Origin: an uncultured Solirubrobacterales bacterium
Lineage (GTDB): Bacteria; Actinomycetota; Thermoleophilia; Solirubrobacterales; Solirubrobacteraceae
Length of the DNA: 64,000 nucleotides
Assembly (NCBI GenBank): GCA_963715775.1
Contig: OY970274.1
Coordinates: forward strand, 263,043 to 327,042
Direction of reading: 5' to 3'
Below are positions 1 to 9,288 of this stretch, piece by piece. Positions within the stretch are counted from its first letter, which is position 1, and every line of letters starts with the position of its first letter. The translations under genes were made by a program, and so were the position numbers. Under the pieces are notes generated by a model. It searched no databases. It was not told where the DNA came from and saw nothing but the letters and a program-made list of their open reading frames with translations.

Positions 1-464
1 TCCGTAAGGACGTGCTCGTCACGATCGACTGGGGCGCGCTGCACGAGGGCTACTGCTCGGACTGCACGCGCACGTACGCGACGGGAGAGCGGATCTCGGA
101 GCGGGCCCGCGAGGTCTACGCGCTCGTGCTCGAGGCCCAGGAACGGGCGCTCGCCGCGGTCAGGGCGGGCCCGAACGGCAAAGAGCTCGACGCGGTCGCG
201 CGCGAGCCGATCGAGGCGGCGGGGGAGGGGGAGCACTTCGGCCACGGCCTCGGCCACGGCGTCGGGATCGAGGTCCACGAGGGACCGCGCCTCTCGCGCC
301 TGGCGAGCGAGGATCCGCTGCTCGTCGGCAACGTCGTCACGGTCGAGCCCGGCGTCTACTTGCCCGGGCGGTTCGGCGTGCGGATCGAGGATCTTGTCGT
401 CGTGACCGCGGACGGTCAAGAGGTGCTGACGCGGCTCTCCAAGGAGCTGACGGTCGTCGCGTAG
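1..464 (+). CDS. pepQ: Xaa-Pro aminopeptidase (M24), C-terminal part; 5' end lies outside the window
   Basis: M24 metal-binding motifs IDWGA..Y.SD.TRT, HGLGHGVGIEVHE, VTVEPGVY, GVRIEDLV. Confidence 0.9.
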   Translation, partial: RKDVLVTIDWGALHEGYCSDCTRTYATGERISERAREVYALVLEAQERALAAVRAGPNGKELDAVAREPIEAAGEGEHFGHGLGHGVGIEVHEGPRLSRLASEDPLLVGNVVTVEPGVYLPGRFGVRIEDLVVVTADGQEVLTRLSKELTVVA

Positions 465-2926
465 CGCGGCGCCCGCGTCAGCACGGGCCGCGGCAGGCGC
501 AGCGAGCGCCAGCCCATCAGCACGGCCGCCGGCAGCGCCCACAGGACATAGAAGAGGCTGGTGATGTCGCCGCTATAGGTGAAGTTGACCGGCTCGAAGC
601 TGAGCCACACGAGGACCGATGCCGCGAGCGTGAACAGCGGCGCGCGCCGGCCGCTGCAGACCTCCCAGGCGCCGAGGCTCACGAGGAACGGCAGCTGGTA
701 ATAGATTTCGTTCCAGGGGTCGAGCATCCCGCGCAGCAGCATCGCGAGCGCGAGCACGAGCAGGGCATCGCTGGGTTGTAGACGGCGCCGCCGCAGCCAG
801 TACGCAAAGCCGAGCAGAACCGCGCTCAGCACGGTCAGGGGGCGGCTGTAGGACGCGACGAACGCGATCGGCGCGCGTTCGTAGAACGTGCCTCCCAGAT
901 GGCGCAGTTGGTCGAGGTGCAGCGTCCACCAGATCTGCTGGGGTCGGAAGAAGACGGCGGCGCTGGCGAGGCCCTTGTTGGCCGCCACGAAATGGCCCGT
1001 GTTAGAGAGCGCCAGGGGGGCGAAGAGGATCAGCGCGGCGCCGCCGCAGAGGGCCGAGAAGCGAATCCACTGCTCGCGCGGCGTCGCGGCCAGCGCGACC
1101 GGCAGCGCGAGCAAAGCCCACTGCTTGGAGGCAACCGCCAGCCCCAGCAGGATCGCGCCCGTCGTGATCCGCCCGCGGATTACGAGCAACATGCCGCCGA
1201 CGCACAGCGCGGTCGTCAGCAGTTCCTCCGGGTGGCCGTATTTGAGAGCCCAGTCGCAGGCGGGGCCGGTGATGAGCAGGCCGATCAAGAGCCAGCGGCT
1301 GAGCGCCGGCCCGCCCTCCGAGCGTTGAATCCGCGCGAGGGCCAGCGCCAGCGCCGCGATCGCGATCGCGCAAACGAGCACCTCGAGGCGATAGGCCCCG
1401 CTGAGGCCGCCAAGCGTTCCACCGAGCGCCAGCGCCGGCGCGTTGAGCAATAGCGACCCGCCGTAGATCGGCGCGAGCGCGAGGAAGTCGTGCAGGTTGC
1501 CCGCGATCAGACGTTCCACCGCCGGGCCGGCTTCGTTGAAGAAGTCGCGCCAGATGACCACGCGCATCGAAAGGTAATAGAGCACCCCCAGCATCGCGAC
1601 GGCCACCGCTGTGTCGGCGTAGGCGGGTAGACGGCGATGTATCGTCGTGGGGGTCATATCGGTCTGATCCGGCTTTGCTCGATGAGTGAGCCTGCCCATC
1701 AGCTCCGGCGCGTACAGCCGCAGGGCGAGCCCCACGCCCAGCGGCACGGTCCAGGCCAGGAAGAAGGCAGCCTGGACGTCGGCCGAGACGTGGCCCGGCA
1801 GCCAGACGAAGCTGACCCACGCGAGCACGGTGCTCGACAGCGCGAGCACCGCGGGACGGCGGCGGGACTCGCCGAGGCACTCCCACGCGAGCAGCGCGAG
1901 CACGAACGGGATCGGGTAGTAGACGGTGTCCCAGGTGTCGAGCACGCAGCGCAAGAGCAGCAACAGAGCCAGCAGCAGCAGCGCGTCCGAGCGCCCGCGA
2001 CGTCCGCGGAACCAGGCAAGCGCGGTCAGCGGCAGCGAGACGGCGACGATCAGCGGATGGCTGATCACCCCGACCCAGGCGGGCGCGGTCCGGTAGCCGA
2101 CCTTGACTTCGCCGAACAGGCCGCGCACGGTCGATCCGTGGTGGCCGAGGAACCAGAAGAGCTGCCACGGCTGGAAGATCGTGCTGGGCGGCGCGGCCGC
2201 GCCGCGCGTGGAGGCGACGAACCCGCTCGAGCCGACGAGCGCGAGCGGGGCGAGGACGATCGCAGCGACCGCGCCGGCGCAGCCAATGCAGAGGATCGCC
2301 GGCTTCCAGCCGCGGTTCCAGGCTCGTGCGCCGGGGGAAGGCGCCAGCGCGATCAGCACCGGCCCGACCGCGAGCAGTGCCCACTCCTTGTTCGCGATCG
2401 CCAGGCCCAAAGCCAGCCCGGCCCACAGCGGCCGCTCACGCGCGGCCAGCAGCACCGCGACGACGCACAGCACGCCCCCGAGCAGATCCTCGGGGTGGCC
2501 GATTTCAAGCGCGCGCAGGGTCAGGGGATTGGCGACGCAGATCCCCAGCGCGAGCGCGCGCGCGAGCCTCGAGCCGTCCGGGCGCGCCCGCATCTGCGCG
2601 ACGAGCCATACCCCCAGCGCCGCAGCCGCCAGCAGGCAGGGCAGCGCCACCATCCGGTACACCGCAAGCGCGCCGCCGCCCCACAGCCCCGGCAGCAGCG
2701 CGAACGGCGCGCGCTCGACGAGCGAGCCGCCATAGGCGGGCGCGAGGCGCAGGAACTCGAGCACGTGCCCCTGCGTCAGCGCAGAGAACGCCGGCTTCGC
2801 CTCGGTTTCATAGTCGCTCCAGGTGAAGCCGTACAGCCCGAGCCACGCGATCGTCGCGGTGGCGACGCCCGCCAGGAACGCGCACAGGGCGTTCTCGCGT
2901 ACCAGCGCGCGCATCTGCGGTCTCAT
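416..2926 (-). CDS. Polytopic membrane glycosyltransferase (GT-C, GT87/DUF2029-like) with two tandem homologous domains
   Basis: Both halves carry APxYGGSL, GHPE(D/E)L, GLA(I/V)AxK(E/Q)WAL and DxWxxxYYxxPF; many hydrophobic helices; start taken at ATG 2926 (MRPQMRAL); 3' end overlaps pepQ by 49 bp. Confidence 0.7.
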   Translation of the reverse strand: MRPQMRALVRENALCAFLAGVATATIAWLGLYGFTWSDYETEAKPAFSALTQGHVLEFLRLAPAYGGSLVERAPFALLPGLWGGGALAVYRMVALPCLLAAAALGVWLVAQMRARPDGSRLARALALGICVANPLTLRALEIGHPEDLLGGVLCVVAVLLAARERPLWAGLALGLAIANKEWALLAVGPVLIALAPSPGARAWNRGWKPAILCIGCAGAVAAIVLAPLALVGSSGFVASTRGAAAPPSTIFQPWQLFWFLGHHGSTVRGLFGEVKVGYRTAPAWVGVISHPLIVAVSLPLTALAWFRGRRGRSDALLLLALLLLLRCVLDTWDTVYYPIPFVLALLAWECLGESRRRPAVLALSSTVLAWVSFVWLPGHVSADVQAAFFLAWTVPLGVGLALRLYAPELMGRLTHRAKPDQTDMTPTTIHRRLPAYADTAVAVAMLGVLYYLSMRVVIWRDFFNEAGPAVERLIAGNLHDFLALAPIYGGSLLLNAPALALGGTLGGLSGAYRLEVLVCAIAIAALALALARIQRSEGGPALSRWLLIGLLITGPACDWALKYGHPEELLTTALCVGGMLLVIRGRITTGAILLGLAVASKQWALLALPVALAATPREQWIRFSALCGGAALILFAPLALSNTGHFVAANKGLASAAVFFRPQQIWWTLHLDQLRHLGGTFYERAPIAFVASYSRPLTVLSAVLLGFAYWLRRRRLQPSDALLVLALAMLLRGMLDPWNEIYYQLPFLVSLGAWEVCSGRRAPLFTLAASVLVWLSFEPVNFTYSGDITSLFYVLWALPAAVLMGWRSLRLPRPVLTRAPRYATTVSSLESRVSTS

Positions 2927-3012
2927 AGTTCGGCATCGGCGTCGTGGGGAGCTTGCTTGAGTGTGTTTTCCAAGGCAGCCGGCGTCGATGATGGCTTCAG
3001 TGGCCACGGTCA

Positions 3013-3033
3013 CTACATCTACTACAATGTAGA
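3013..3033 (+). promoter_or_regulatory. -10 hexamer TACAAT inside an inverted repeat; probable autoregulated leaderless TA promoter
   Basis: CTACAT-N8-ATGTAG (3013-3032) and TCTAC-tacaat-GTAGA (3018-3033); ATG at 3037, 8 nt after the -10. Confidence 0.6.
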
Positions 3034-3036
3034 GCA

Positions 3037-3468
3037 ATGGCCGCTAACCCCGCGAAGACACAGCCCTTCTCGATCAGGCTCGGTGCGCAGGCGGATCTGC
3101 TCGTCGCTGACGAGGTGCGTCGTTCGGGACACTCGCGCAGCGTCGTCGTCGAGGAGCTGGCCGAGGAGGCCGCGAAGATGCGGCTGTTTCCCGGCATTGC
3201 TTTCCGTGAGGGCAACCCTCGCCGCGCTTGGGCGATCGGCAGCGGCTTGGATGTGTGGCAGGTCATCGAACTCATGCGCTCTTACAAAGGCGATGAGGAG
3301 ACGCTGCGGGAGAATCATCCTCTCGTAACGGATAGGCATTTGCGCCTTGCCGAGGCCTATACGAAGCGCTTTCCGGAGGAGATCGAGGCCATGATCGAGC
3401 GAAATCATCCGCCTTTCGAGGAGCTCCTCGAGCTCTATCCCTTCATCCGCACCTTTCCTCCGCGATAG
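3037..3468 (+). CDS. Antitoxin: RHH-like N-terminus plus DUF433 domain
   Basis: PFSIRL..(RHH strand), PGIAFREG..RRAWAIGSGLDVWQVIE typical of DUF433; directly upstream of a PIN-like gene. Confidence 0.75.
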   Translation: MAANPAKTQPFSIRLGAQADLLVADEVRRSGHSRSVVVEELAEEAAKMRLFPGIAFREGNPRRAWAIGSGLDVWQVIELMRSYKGDEETLRENHPLVTDRHLRLAEAYTKRFPEEIEAMIERNHPPFEELLELYPFIRTFPPR

Positions 3469-3474
3469 CCGTAA

Positions 3475-3846
3475 TTGCGCTTTCTACTCGACGCGCACGT
3501 CTCGGGCCGCAACATCGGGGGCCCGCTGGGAGCGGACGGCCACGACGTGCGCGCGCTCGATCAGGAGTTGGCGCTCGAGGGGCTCGCCGACGATCGGGTG
3601 TTGACGCTTGCGGCCCAGGAGCAGCGTATTCTCGTCACCAACGACGTCAGCGACTTTCCCGGCATGCTGCGTAAGTGGGCCGAGGCGGATCGCTCCCATG
3701 CCGGTGCGATGCTCGTCTACGGCATCGACCACCGTGAGTTCGATCTCGTCATCCGCGGCATACGCCGCTGGCTGGAGCTCTACCCAGACCCGGCGAGCTG
3801 GGCTGATCTCACTGTGTCCGTCGACCGTGATTTCGCCTCGGGCTGA
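3475..3846 (+). CDS. DUF5615 family PIN-like toxin
   Basis: RFLLDAHV, D..VL.LA..EQRILVTND.SDF pattern. Confidence 0.8.
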   Translation: MRFLLDAHVSGRNIGGPLGADGHDVRALDQELALEGLADDRVLTLAAQEQRILVTNDVSDFPGMLRKWAEADRSHAGAMLVYGIDHREFDLVIRGIRRWLELYPDPASWADLTVSVDRDFASG

Positions 3847-3881
3847 GTGCCCCAGCCGTGGAGTAATCTATCATCGGCACG

Positions 3882-4454
3882 GTGGCGACCATCGTTCATC
3901 CGCATGTTGAGCCTTGGGAATTCGATGCGTTGCAGTTCAACGCGGGTTGGTCGATGGACATCGAGCTCATCGCCGGCGAGGCCGTCGTAGTGTCGCCGGA
4001 GGGAGGCGCTTCGTCCGCGGCGCGGGGAGAGCTGTATGTCGCGCTGCGTCGCTGGCAGGAGGAAACGGGCGACGAAGGTCTCGTCCTCCAGGATGTGTTC
4101 GTCGCATTCCCCGATGGCAGTCGCCCCGCGCCCGACATCTCCTGGTGGAGGGGCGAGCGGCGCCCGCCGGTGTCCGTGGGTGCGATCGAGAGCGTTCCCG
4201 ACCTCGTCGTGGAGGTGCTCTCGCCGTCCACGCGAGCCAACGACGAAGGCGTCAAGCGCGAGCTGTACATGAGCTCGGGCGTGCGCGAGCTGTACCTCGT
4301 GGACCCCGACGCTCGTACGATCACCCGGGTGCCGGCCGATCCCGGACGATCGACGGACGCCGGTCGGGACGAGATCCTCGGCGAGGGGGATACGCTGCGC
4401 AGCGAGCTGCTGCCCGGCTTCGCGTTGGAGCTCGCGCGCGTCTTTCGCCGCTGA
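3882..4454 (+). CDS. Uma2 family (PD-(D/E)XK) endonuclease-like protein
   Basis: ELIAGE..VSP, PAPDISWW, PDLVVEVLSPST..ND..VK..LY...GV.E.YLVDP; TATCAT -10 7 nt before the GTG. Confidence 0.85.
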   Translation: MATIVHPHVEPWEFDALQFNAGWSMDIELIAGEAVVVSPEGGASSAARGELYVALRRWQEETGDEGLVLQDVFVAFPDGSRPAPDISWWRGERRPPVSVGAIESVPDLVVEVLSPSTRANDEGVKRELYMSSGVRELYLVDPDARTITRVPADPGRSTDAGRDEILGEGDTLRSELLPGFALELARVFRR

Positions 4455-4522
4455 TCGAACCATCCCGGGCAAAGTTCCGTCCACCCTACGTATGCCTCAC
4501 CTTGGGATAGGATCGCCCCGCA

Positions 4523-5125
4523 ATGGCACGGTTGCGGAAAGAGGAGTTCTCGGCGGGTATGGCGATCATGGGCCTGGTGATCCAGCGGTCGGACACGATC
4601 AACGGAGTCAAGTCGCGGCTGGCCGAGCGGTTTCCGACGGCGCGCTGGTCGCCGTCGGCCCCCTACGAGGCGATCAACAGCCTCGAGGGGCGTGGCTACG
4701 TGCGTGTAGCCGTGGGGGGCGCGGCGCGGTCGTTGAACCTGTATGAGGCGACGCCCGAGGGGATCGGCTGGTTCAGGAAGTGGTTCGAGGACCTGCTGGA
4801 GGAGCCGCCGGCCTTGCGCGACGCGCTGCGGGGGAAACTGGAGTATGTCGCCGACGAGCAGGATCTGCAGGTCGTGATAGAGGCCATTCGCGAGCAGGAG
4901 GAAGCCTGCTTTGAGGCCAGCCACGCGGCGAATGCGCGTCTTGACAGAGCGCGGCGGCGCGGAGAGCTCGGCTCGGCCAAGAGCGGAGACTGGGAGAGTC
5001 GGCTGCTGTACGGGGTGATGACGTATGACGTGAAGCTGTGGAGCGACCGGGGAGCGCTCCTGAAGCGCTTGCGTGAAACCCTCGAAGGACCCGACGAGCC
5101 GCTCGATGGCCGGGACGAGGGGTGA
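4523..5125 (+). CDS. PadR-like transcriptional regulator with helical C-terminal domain
   Basis: Winged-helix pattern (Y.AI.SLE.RGYV...R.LYEATPEG..WF.KW) followed by a helical region; heads the ABC operon. Confidence 0.7.
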   Translation: MARLRKEEFSAGMAIMGLVIQRSDTINGVKSRLAERFPTARWSPSAPYEAINSLEGRGYVRVAVGGAARSLNLYEATPEGIGWFRKWFEDLLEEPPALRDALRGKLEYVADEQDLQVVIEAIREQEEACFEASHAANARLDRARRRGELGSAKSGDWESRLLYGVMTYDVKLWSDRGALLKRLRETLEGPDEPLDGRDEG

Positions 5126-5922
5126 GGAGAGTGGCCGATCTGCTCGTGCTGTCGGAGGTGTGCAAGAGCTACCGGCGTGGAGATCGAAGCCTGCCGGTGC
5201 TGGTCGATGTGACGCTGCGGATGGGCGCGGGGGAGATTGGCGCCGTGCTCGGCTCGCGCGACGAGGGCAAGACGACGCTGCTGCAGATCGCCGCCGGTCT
5301 GCTGCGACCCGATCGCGGGGAGGTGTGGTTGGGGGACGTGGAGCTGACGCGGTGCTCGGACAGCGAGCGTGCACGGGTGCTCAGGCACGAGATCGCGTGG
5401 ATTCATCGCGAGGGCACGGGTCTGGATCTGAAGATGCTCGAGTATGTCGCGCTGCCGCTGTGGACCGGTCACCGGTTGCCGCTGATGCGTTACCGTCGCG
5501 GACGGCGCGAAGCCGAGCACGCCGCGATGACGGCGCTGGAGCGCGTCGGGGCGGCGCAGTGCGCAGGGTTGCGCTGGGGCGATCTCTCCAATTGGGAGCG
5601 CGTGCTCGTCGGGCTCGCTCGTGGCATCGCGCGCGAGCCGCGACTGATGATCGTCGACGACGTGATCGACGGGTTCGGCATGAGCAAAACGCGGGAGGCC
5701 GGCGAGCTGCTGCTGTCGTTCGTCGCAGATCTGGGATGTGCGGTCTTGATGAGCGTCTCCGATCTCGAGGCGGCGCTGGTCGCTGAACGGGTGTGGTGCT
5801 TTGAACGCGGGAAGCTGAAGCTGATGTCCGGCGAAGCCCGTGCCGATGCCGAAGTCATCGATCTGCACGACGAGGCGCGTCAGCGTCGGGGTTCGAACGG
5901 CATGCGCTCTCAGGGTGCTTGA
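5122..5922 (+). CDS. ABC transporter ATP-binding protein, degenerate (LolD/MacB-like)
   Basis: Walker A GSRDEGKT; signature LSNWE, Walker B IVDD and H-loop SVSD are non-canonical; start may be GTG 5131. Confidence 0.75.
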   Translation: MRRVADLLVLSEVCKSYRRGDRSLPVLVDVTLRMGAGEIGAVLGSRDEGKTTLLQIAAGLLRPDRGEVWLGDVELTRCSDSERARVLRHEIAWIHREGTGLDLKMLEYVALPLWTGHRLPLMRYRRGRREAEHAAMTALERVGAAQCAGLRWGDLSNWERVLVGLARGIAREPRLMIVDDVIDGFGMSKTREAGELLLSFVADLGCAVLMSVSDLEAALVAERVWCFERGKLKLMSGEARADAEVIDLHDEARQRRGSNGMRSQGA

Positions 5923-6631
5923 GCTACGCGACCTGCGTAAGAGCTACCGCGTCGGTGGCGGTGAGTCGATTCATGCCGTCGACGGCGCCTCGCTGACGGT
6001 CGCCGGGGGAGAGCTCGTGGCGCTGTACGGTCCCAGCGGATCCGGCAAGACGACGCTGCTGGAACTGATCGAGGGTATTTCCTGGCCAGACAGCGGGACG
6101 GTGCTGGTGGAAGGCCGTGACGTTTTTGGGATGTCGGAGCGGGAGCGCGAGGAGTATCGCCTGCGGCAGTTGGGCGTCGTCGGTCAGCCGCAGCACCTGC
6201 TCCCAGGGGCGCGCGCGATCGAGAACGCGTCGCTGAAGCTGTTGCTGACCAACAAGCGCACCGCCCAGTCCACGGTCGAACCATTGCTGGAGCGGTTGGG
6301 TCTCGGGGAGCGTCTGCGGCATCGCACCGAGCAGCTCTCGATGGGCGAGCGTCAGCGCGTGATGATCGCGCGGGCGCTGTCGCTCGACCCCAAGCTCGTG
6401 CTCGCGGACGAGCCGACGGGAAACCTGGATACGCAGCGCACCAGGGAGGTGCTCTGGTTGCTGCGCGAGATCTGCTCAGAACGCGGCGCGGCGGTCCTGC
6501 TCGCCACCCACGATCCGGAAGCGGCGATGTTCGCCGACCGCGTCTGCGAGCTGCGCGATGGCCGCCTCGTGGAGGACCGTCCCGAGGGGATCCTCGGCAT
6601 GAGGGGACGGTGCGAGCAATGGGAAGGATGA
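5915..6631 (+). CDS. ABC transporter ATP-binding protein (LolD/MacB-like)
   Basis: GPSGSGKT, LSMGERQRV, LADEPTGNLD, ATHD; GTG start overlaps the upstream stop. Confidence 0.9.
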   Translation: MLELRDLRKSYRVGGGESIHAVDGASLTVAGGELVALYGPSGSGKTTLLELIEGISWPDSGTVLVEGRDVFGMSEREREEYRLRQLGVVGQPQHLLPGARAIENASLKLLLTNKRTAQSTVEPLLERLGLGERLRHRTEQLSMGERQRVMIARALSLDPKLVLADEPTGNLDTQRTREVLWLLREICSERGAAVLLATHDPEAAMFADRVCELRDGRLVEDRPEGILGMRGRCEQWEG

Positions 6632-9168
6632 GCCTGGCGAACATCCTGTTCCTGTACCGCGCACGGCTGCGGGCGAGGGCGGTGCTCGCGCAGGAGGGGT
6701 TTGCGGTCTTCGGGATCGCAGTCGGTGTGGCGCTGCTGTTCGCCAGTCAGGTGGCGAGCACGAGCCTGTCGAGCTCGGTGACGGCGCTCGATAAGCAGAT
6801 CGTCGGACGCACGCAGTTTCAGCTGCAGGCGAAAGGTCCGGATGGCTTTGACGAAGGTCTGCTCGAACGGGTGCGGCGGGCGCCGGGTGTGCAAACGGCG
6901 TTTCCGATCTTGGAGCAGCAGACCAACGTGATCGGGCCGAGCGGTGAGCGGTCGGTCGATCTGATCGGCGCCGATCCGCGCTTCGCGAGCGTGGGCGGGG
7001 CATTGTTGCGACGGTTTTCCGCCCAGCAGCTCGCTGTTCAGAACGCGATCGCGCTGCCGGCGCCGCTCGCCGGCGAAATCGGTGCGGGCTCGCTGGTCCA
7101 GATCAAGCTCCAGATCGGTGCGCGCGTGGCTACTACTCTGCTCGGCGCGGCGCTGGGCGAAAGCGAAATCGGTGGGCTGGTCCACAGTCCCGTCGCGCTT
7201 GCCCCGATCCACTACGCCCAGCGGTTGGCGGGGATGCGGGGAAGAGTCACACGGATCTTCATCCGCGCCCAGCCGGGACGCGAACGTGAGGTGCAAGCGG
7301 CGCTCTCGACACTCGCCGCGAGCGCGGGCGTGAACCTCGATCCGGCCGATTACGATACGAAGCTGTTCGCGGTGGCGGTGGCGCCCGAGAGTAAAAGCGA
7401 GGCGCTGTTCTCCGCGATCAGCGCGCTGGTCGGTTTTATGTTCGCGCTCAACGCGATGCTGATCACCGTGCCCTCGCGCCGGCGGCTGATCGAGGAGGTC
7501 CGCCCGCAGGGCGCCACGCGGCTGGCGATCGTCCAGATCCTGCTGTTCGACGCCGCCGTGATCGGCCTGCTGGCCTGTGTCCTGGGTCTCGTGCTCGGAG
7601 ACGTTCTGTCGGTCGCCGTCTTTCGCACGACGCCCGGCTATCTGGCGTTTGCATTCCCGGTCGGGGACAACCGGATCGTGACGTGGCAGAGCGTCCTGCT
7701 GGCCGTTGGCGCCGGACTGGCGGCCGCGATCGTGGGGGTGCTCTGGCCGCTGCGCGCGGTCCTCACGCGTCCTCTGCAGACCGGTGATCAGACCGGTGAT
7801 GGGTCCGCAAGCGCCCGGCCGGGTTGGGTTACGGCCAGACTGGCTGTCGGGCTGGCGTGCCTCGCCGTTACGCCGGTCGTCTCGACTGCCCACAACCAGG
7901 GGGCGTTCTTTGGGAATATCACGCTCCTCGTCGCGCTCGTCTGTCTGCTGCCGTTTCTCTTCGATGGGCTCGTGTGGCTGTTCGCACACGCGCAGCGTCC
8001 GCTCAACGGGGCGGCGACCGTGCTCGCGGTCACGGGGTTGCGGACTCCCCAGACCCGAGTGCGCTCGCTGGCGATCGCTGTGACGGCGGCGGTCGCGGTG
8101 TTCGGGGCGGTCCAGTTTCAGGGTATCCAGACGAACCTCACGAACGGCCTCGACGCATCCATACGCGGCATCGACTCGAGCGCCGAGGTGTGGGTCACGC
8201 CGGGCGGGGATTCCAGTCTTCTGTCAACGACTCCCTTTAGTCCGATCGATTCCGCCGCTATCGCTCGTCGCCCGGGAGTCGCCGCGCTCGGTGTGTACCG
8301 CGGCGGATTTCTTGACTGGGGCGCTCGACGCCTGTGGATTCTCGCGCAACCTGCCAGTACTCCGCAACCGATCCCGGTGAGCCAGCTCGTCAGCGGCGAT
8401 CCCGCCTTGGCGGCCATCAGAATCCGTCAGGGCGGCTGGGCGGTGCTCTCCCAAGCACTGGCCGGCGAACACAACCTCCACGTAGGTCAGACGTTCGTGC
8501 TGCCCTCGCAGCACTACATCAAGTTGCGTGTGGCGGCTTTGAGCACGAATCTGGGATGGCCACCGGGCACGATCATCATGAACGCCGCCGATTATGCGCG
8601 CGCCTGGGGGAGCAGCTACCCGAGCGCATATGAGATTCAGACCAGCCCCGGAGCGTCTGCCGTGATGGTCCGCTCCCAAGTACAGCGCGCGCTGGGCCCG
8701 GGAACGGGACTCGTGGTCGAAACCACAGGCGAACGCGAGCGGCGCCACTACGAGCTGGCGGCTCAGGGACTCTCGCGGTTGACGCAGATCAGGCTGCTCG
8801 TGCTGATCGCCGTAGTGCTCGCCGTGACGGGCGCGATGGGCTCGATGCTGTGGCAGCGCCGCGCCCTGGTCGCATTCATGAAGGTGGACGGATACCGCCG
8901 GGGTGTGCTGTGGCGATGGCTGCTGTGTGAGAGCGCGATCCTGCTCGCGGCGGGTTCTTCGATCGGAGCGGTTTTTGGTGTCTACGCGCAACTGCTGGGA
9001 AGCCACTTTCTGGCGAGTGCCACAGGTTTTCCGATCGTGTACAACGTCCAGTGGCTTGCCGCGCTCTCCAGTTTCGCACTGGTCACCGCCTTCACGGTCG
9101 CGGCCACGGCCCTGCCCGGGTATCTCGTAGCGAGGGTGCGTCCCAGGGCCGTCAGTCCTGCCTATTAG
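6628..9168 (+). CDS. ABC transporter permease (FtsX/MacB-like, duplicated)
   Basis: Two repeats of TM1, large extracellular domain and 3 TMs; ATGA overlap with the ATPase stop. Confidence 0.85.
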   Translation: MSLANILFLYRARLRARAVLAQEGFAVFGIAVGVALLFASQVASTSLSSSVTALDKQIVGRTQFQLQAKGPDGFDEGLLERVRRAPGVQTAFPILEQQTNVIGPSGERSVDLIGADPRFASVGGALLRRFSAQQLAVQNAIALPAPLAGEIGAGSLVQIKLQIGARVATTLLGAALGESEIGGLVHSPVALAPIHYAQRLAGMRGRVTRIFIRAQPGREREVQAALSTLAASAGVNLDPADYDTKLFAVAVAPESKSEALFSAISALVGFMFALNAMLITVPSRRRLIEEVRPQGATRLAIVQILLFDAAVIGLLACVLGLVLGDVLSVAVFRTTPGYLAFAFPVGDNRIVTWQSVLLAVGAGLAAAIVGVLWPLRAVLTRPLQTGDQTGDGSASARPGWVTARLAVGLACLAVTPVVSTAHNQGAFFGNITLLVALVCLLPFLFDGLVWLFAHAQRPLNGAATVLAVTGLRTPQTRVRSLAIAVTAAVAVFGAVQFQGIQTNLTNGLDASIRGIDSSAEVWVTPGGDSSLLSTTPFSPIDSAAIARRPGVAALGVYRGGFLDWGARRLWILAQPASTPQPIPVSQLVSGDPALAAIRIRQGGWAVLSQALAGEHNLHVGQTFVLPSQHYIKLRVAALSTNLGWPPGTIIMNAADYARAWGSSYPSAYEIQTSPGASAVMVRSQVQRALGPGTGLVVETTGERERRHYELAAQGLSRLTQIRLLVLIAVVLAVTGAMGSMLWQRRALVAFMKVDGYRRGVLWRWLLCESAILLAAGSSIGAVFGVYAQLLGSHFLASATGFPIVYNVQWLAALSSFALVTAFTVAATALPGYLVARVRPRAVSPAY

Positions 9169-9288
9169 CTCGCTCATGCGACGCACGCGATCCAATGGCC
9201 GACGGCGCCCCGCGGTCGGGTTGTACTGACCCGATCGTGGTGTTCATTTCGACGCAAACATAGCCAAAGCGGGCTAGAATGTCCGGGT

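Noticed and set aside
2927-3010. Riboswitch upstream of the GT-C gene
   Set aside because: No recognisable consensus; better explained as divergent promoter space
1002-3328. Long alternative-frame ORFs here (1002..2426, 1637..3328) and throughout the window
   Set aside because: Arg/Pro/Ala-rich shadow frames expected at high GC, overlapping well-supported genes
7779-7802. 12-bp tandem duplication in the permease (QTGD x2)
   Set aside because: In-frame slippage in a linker with no evident significance
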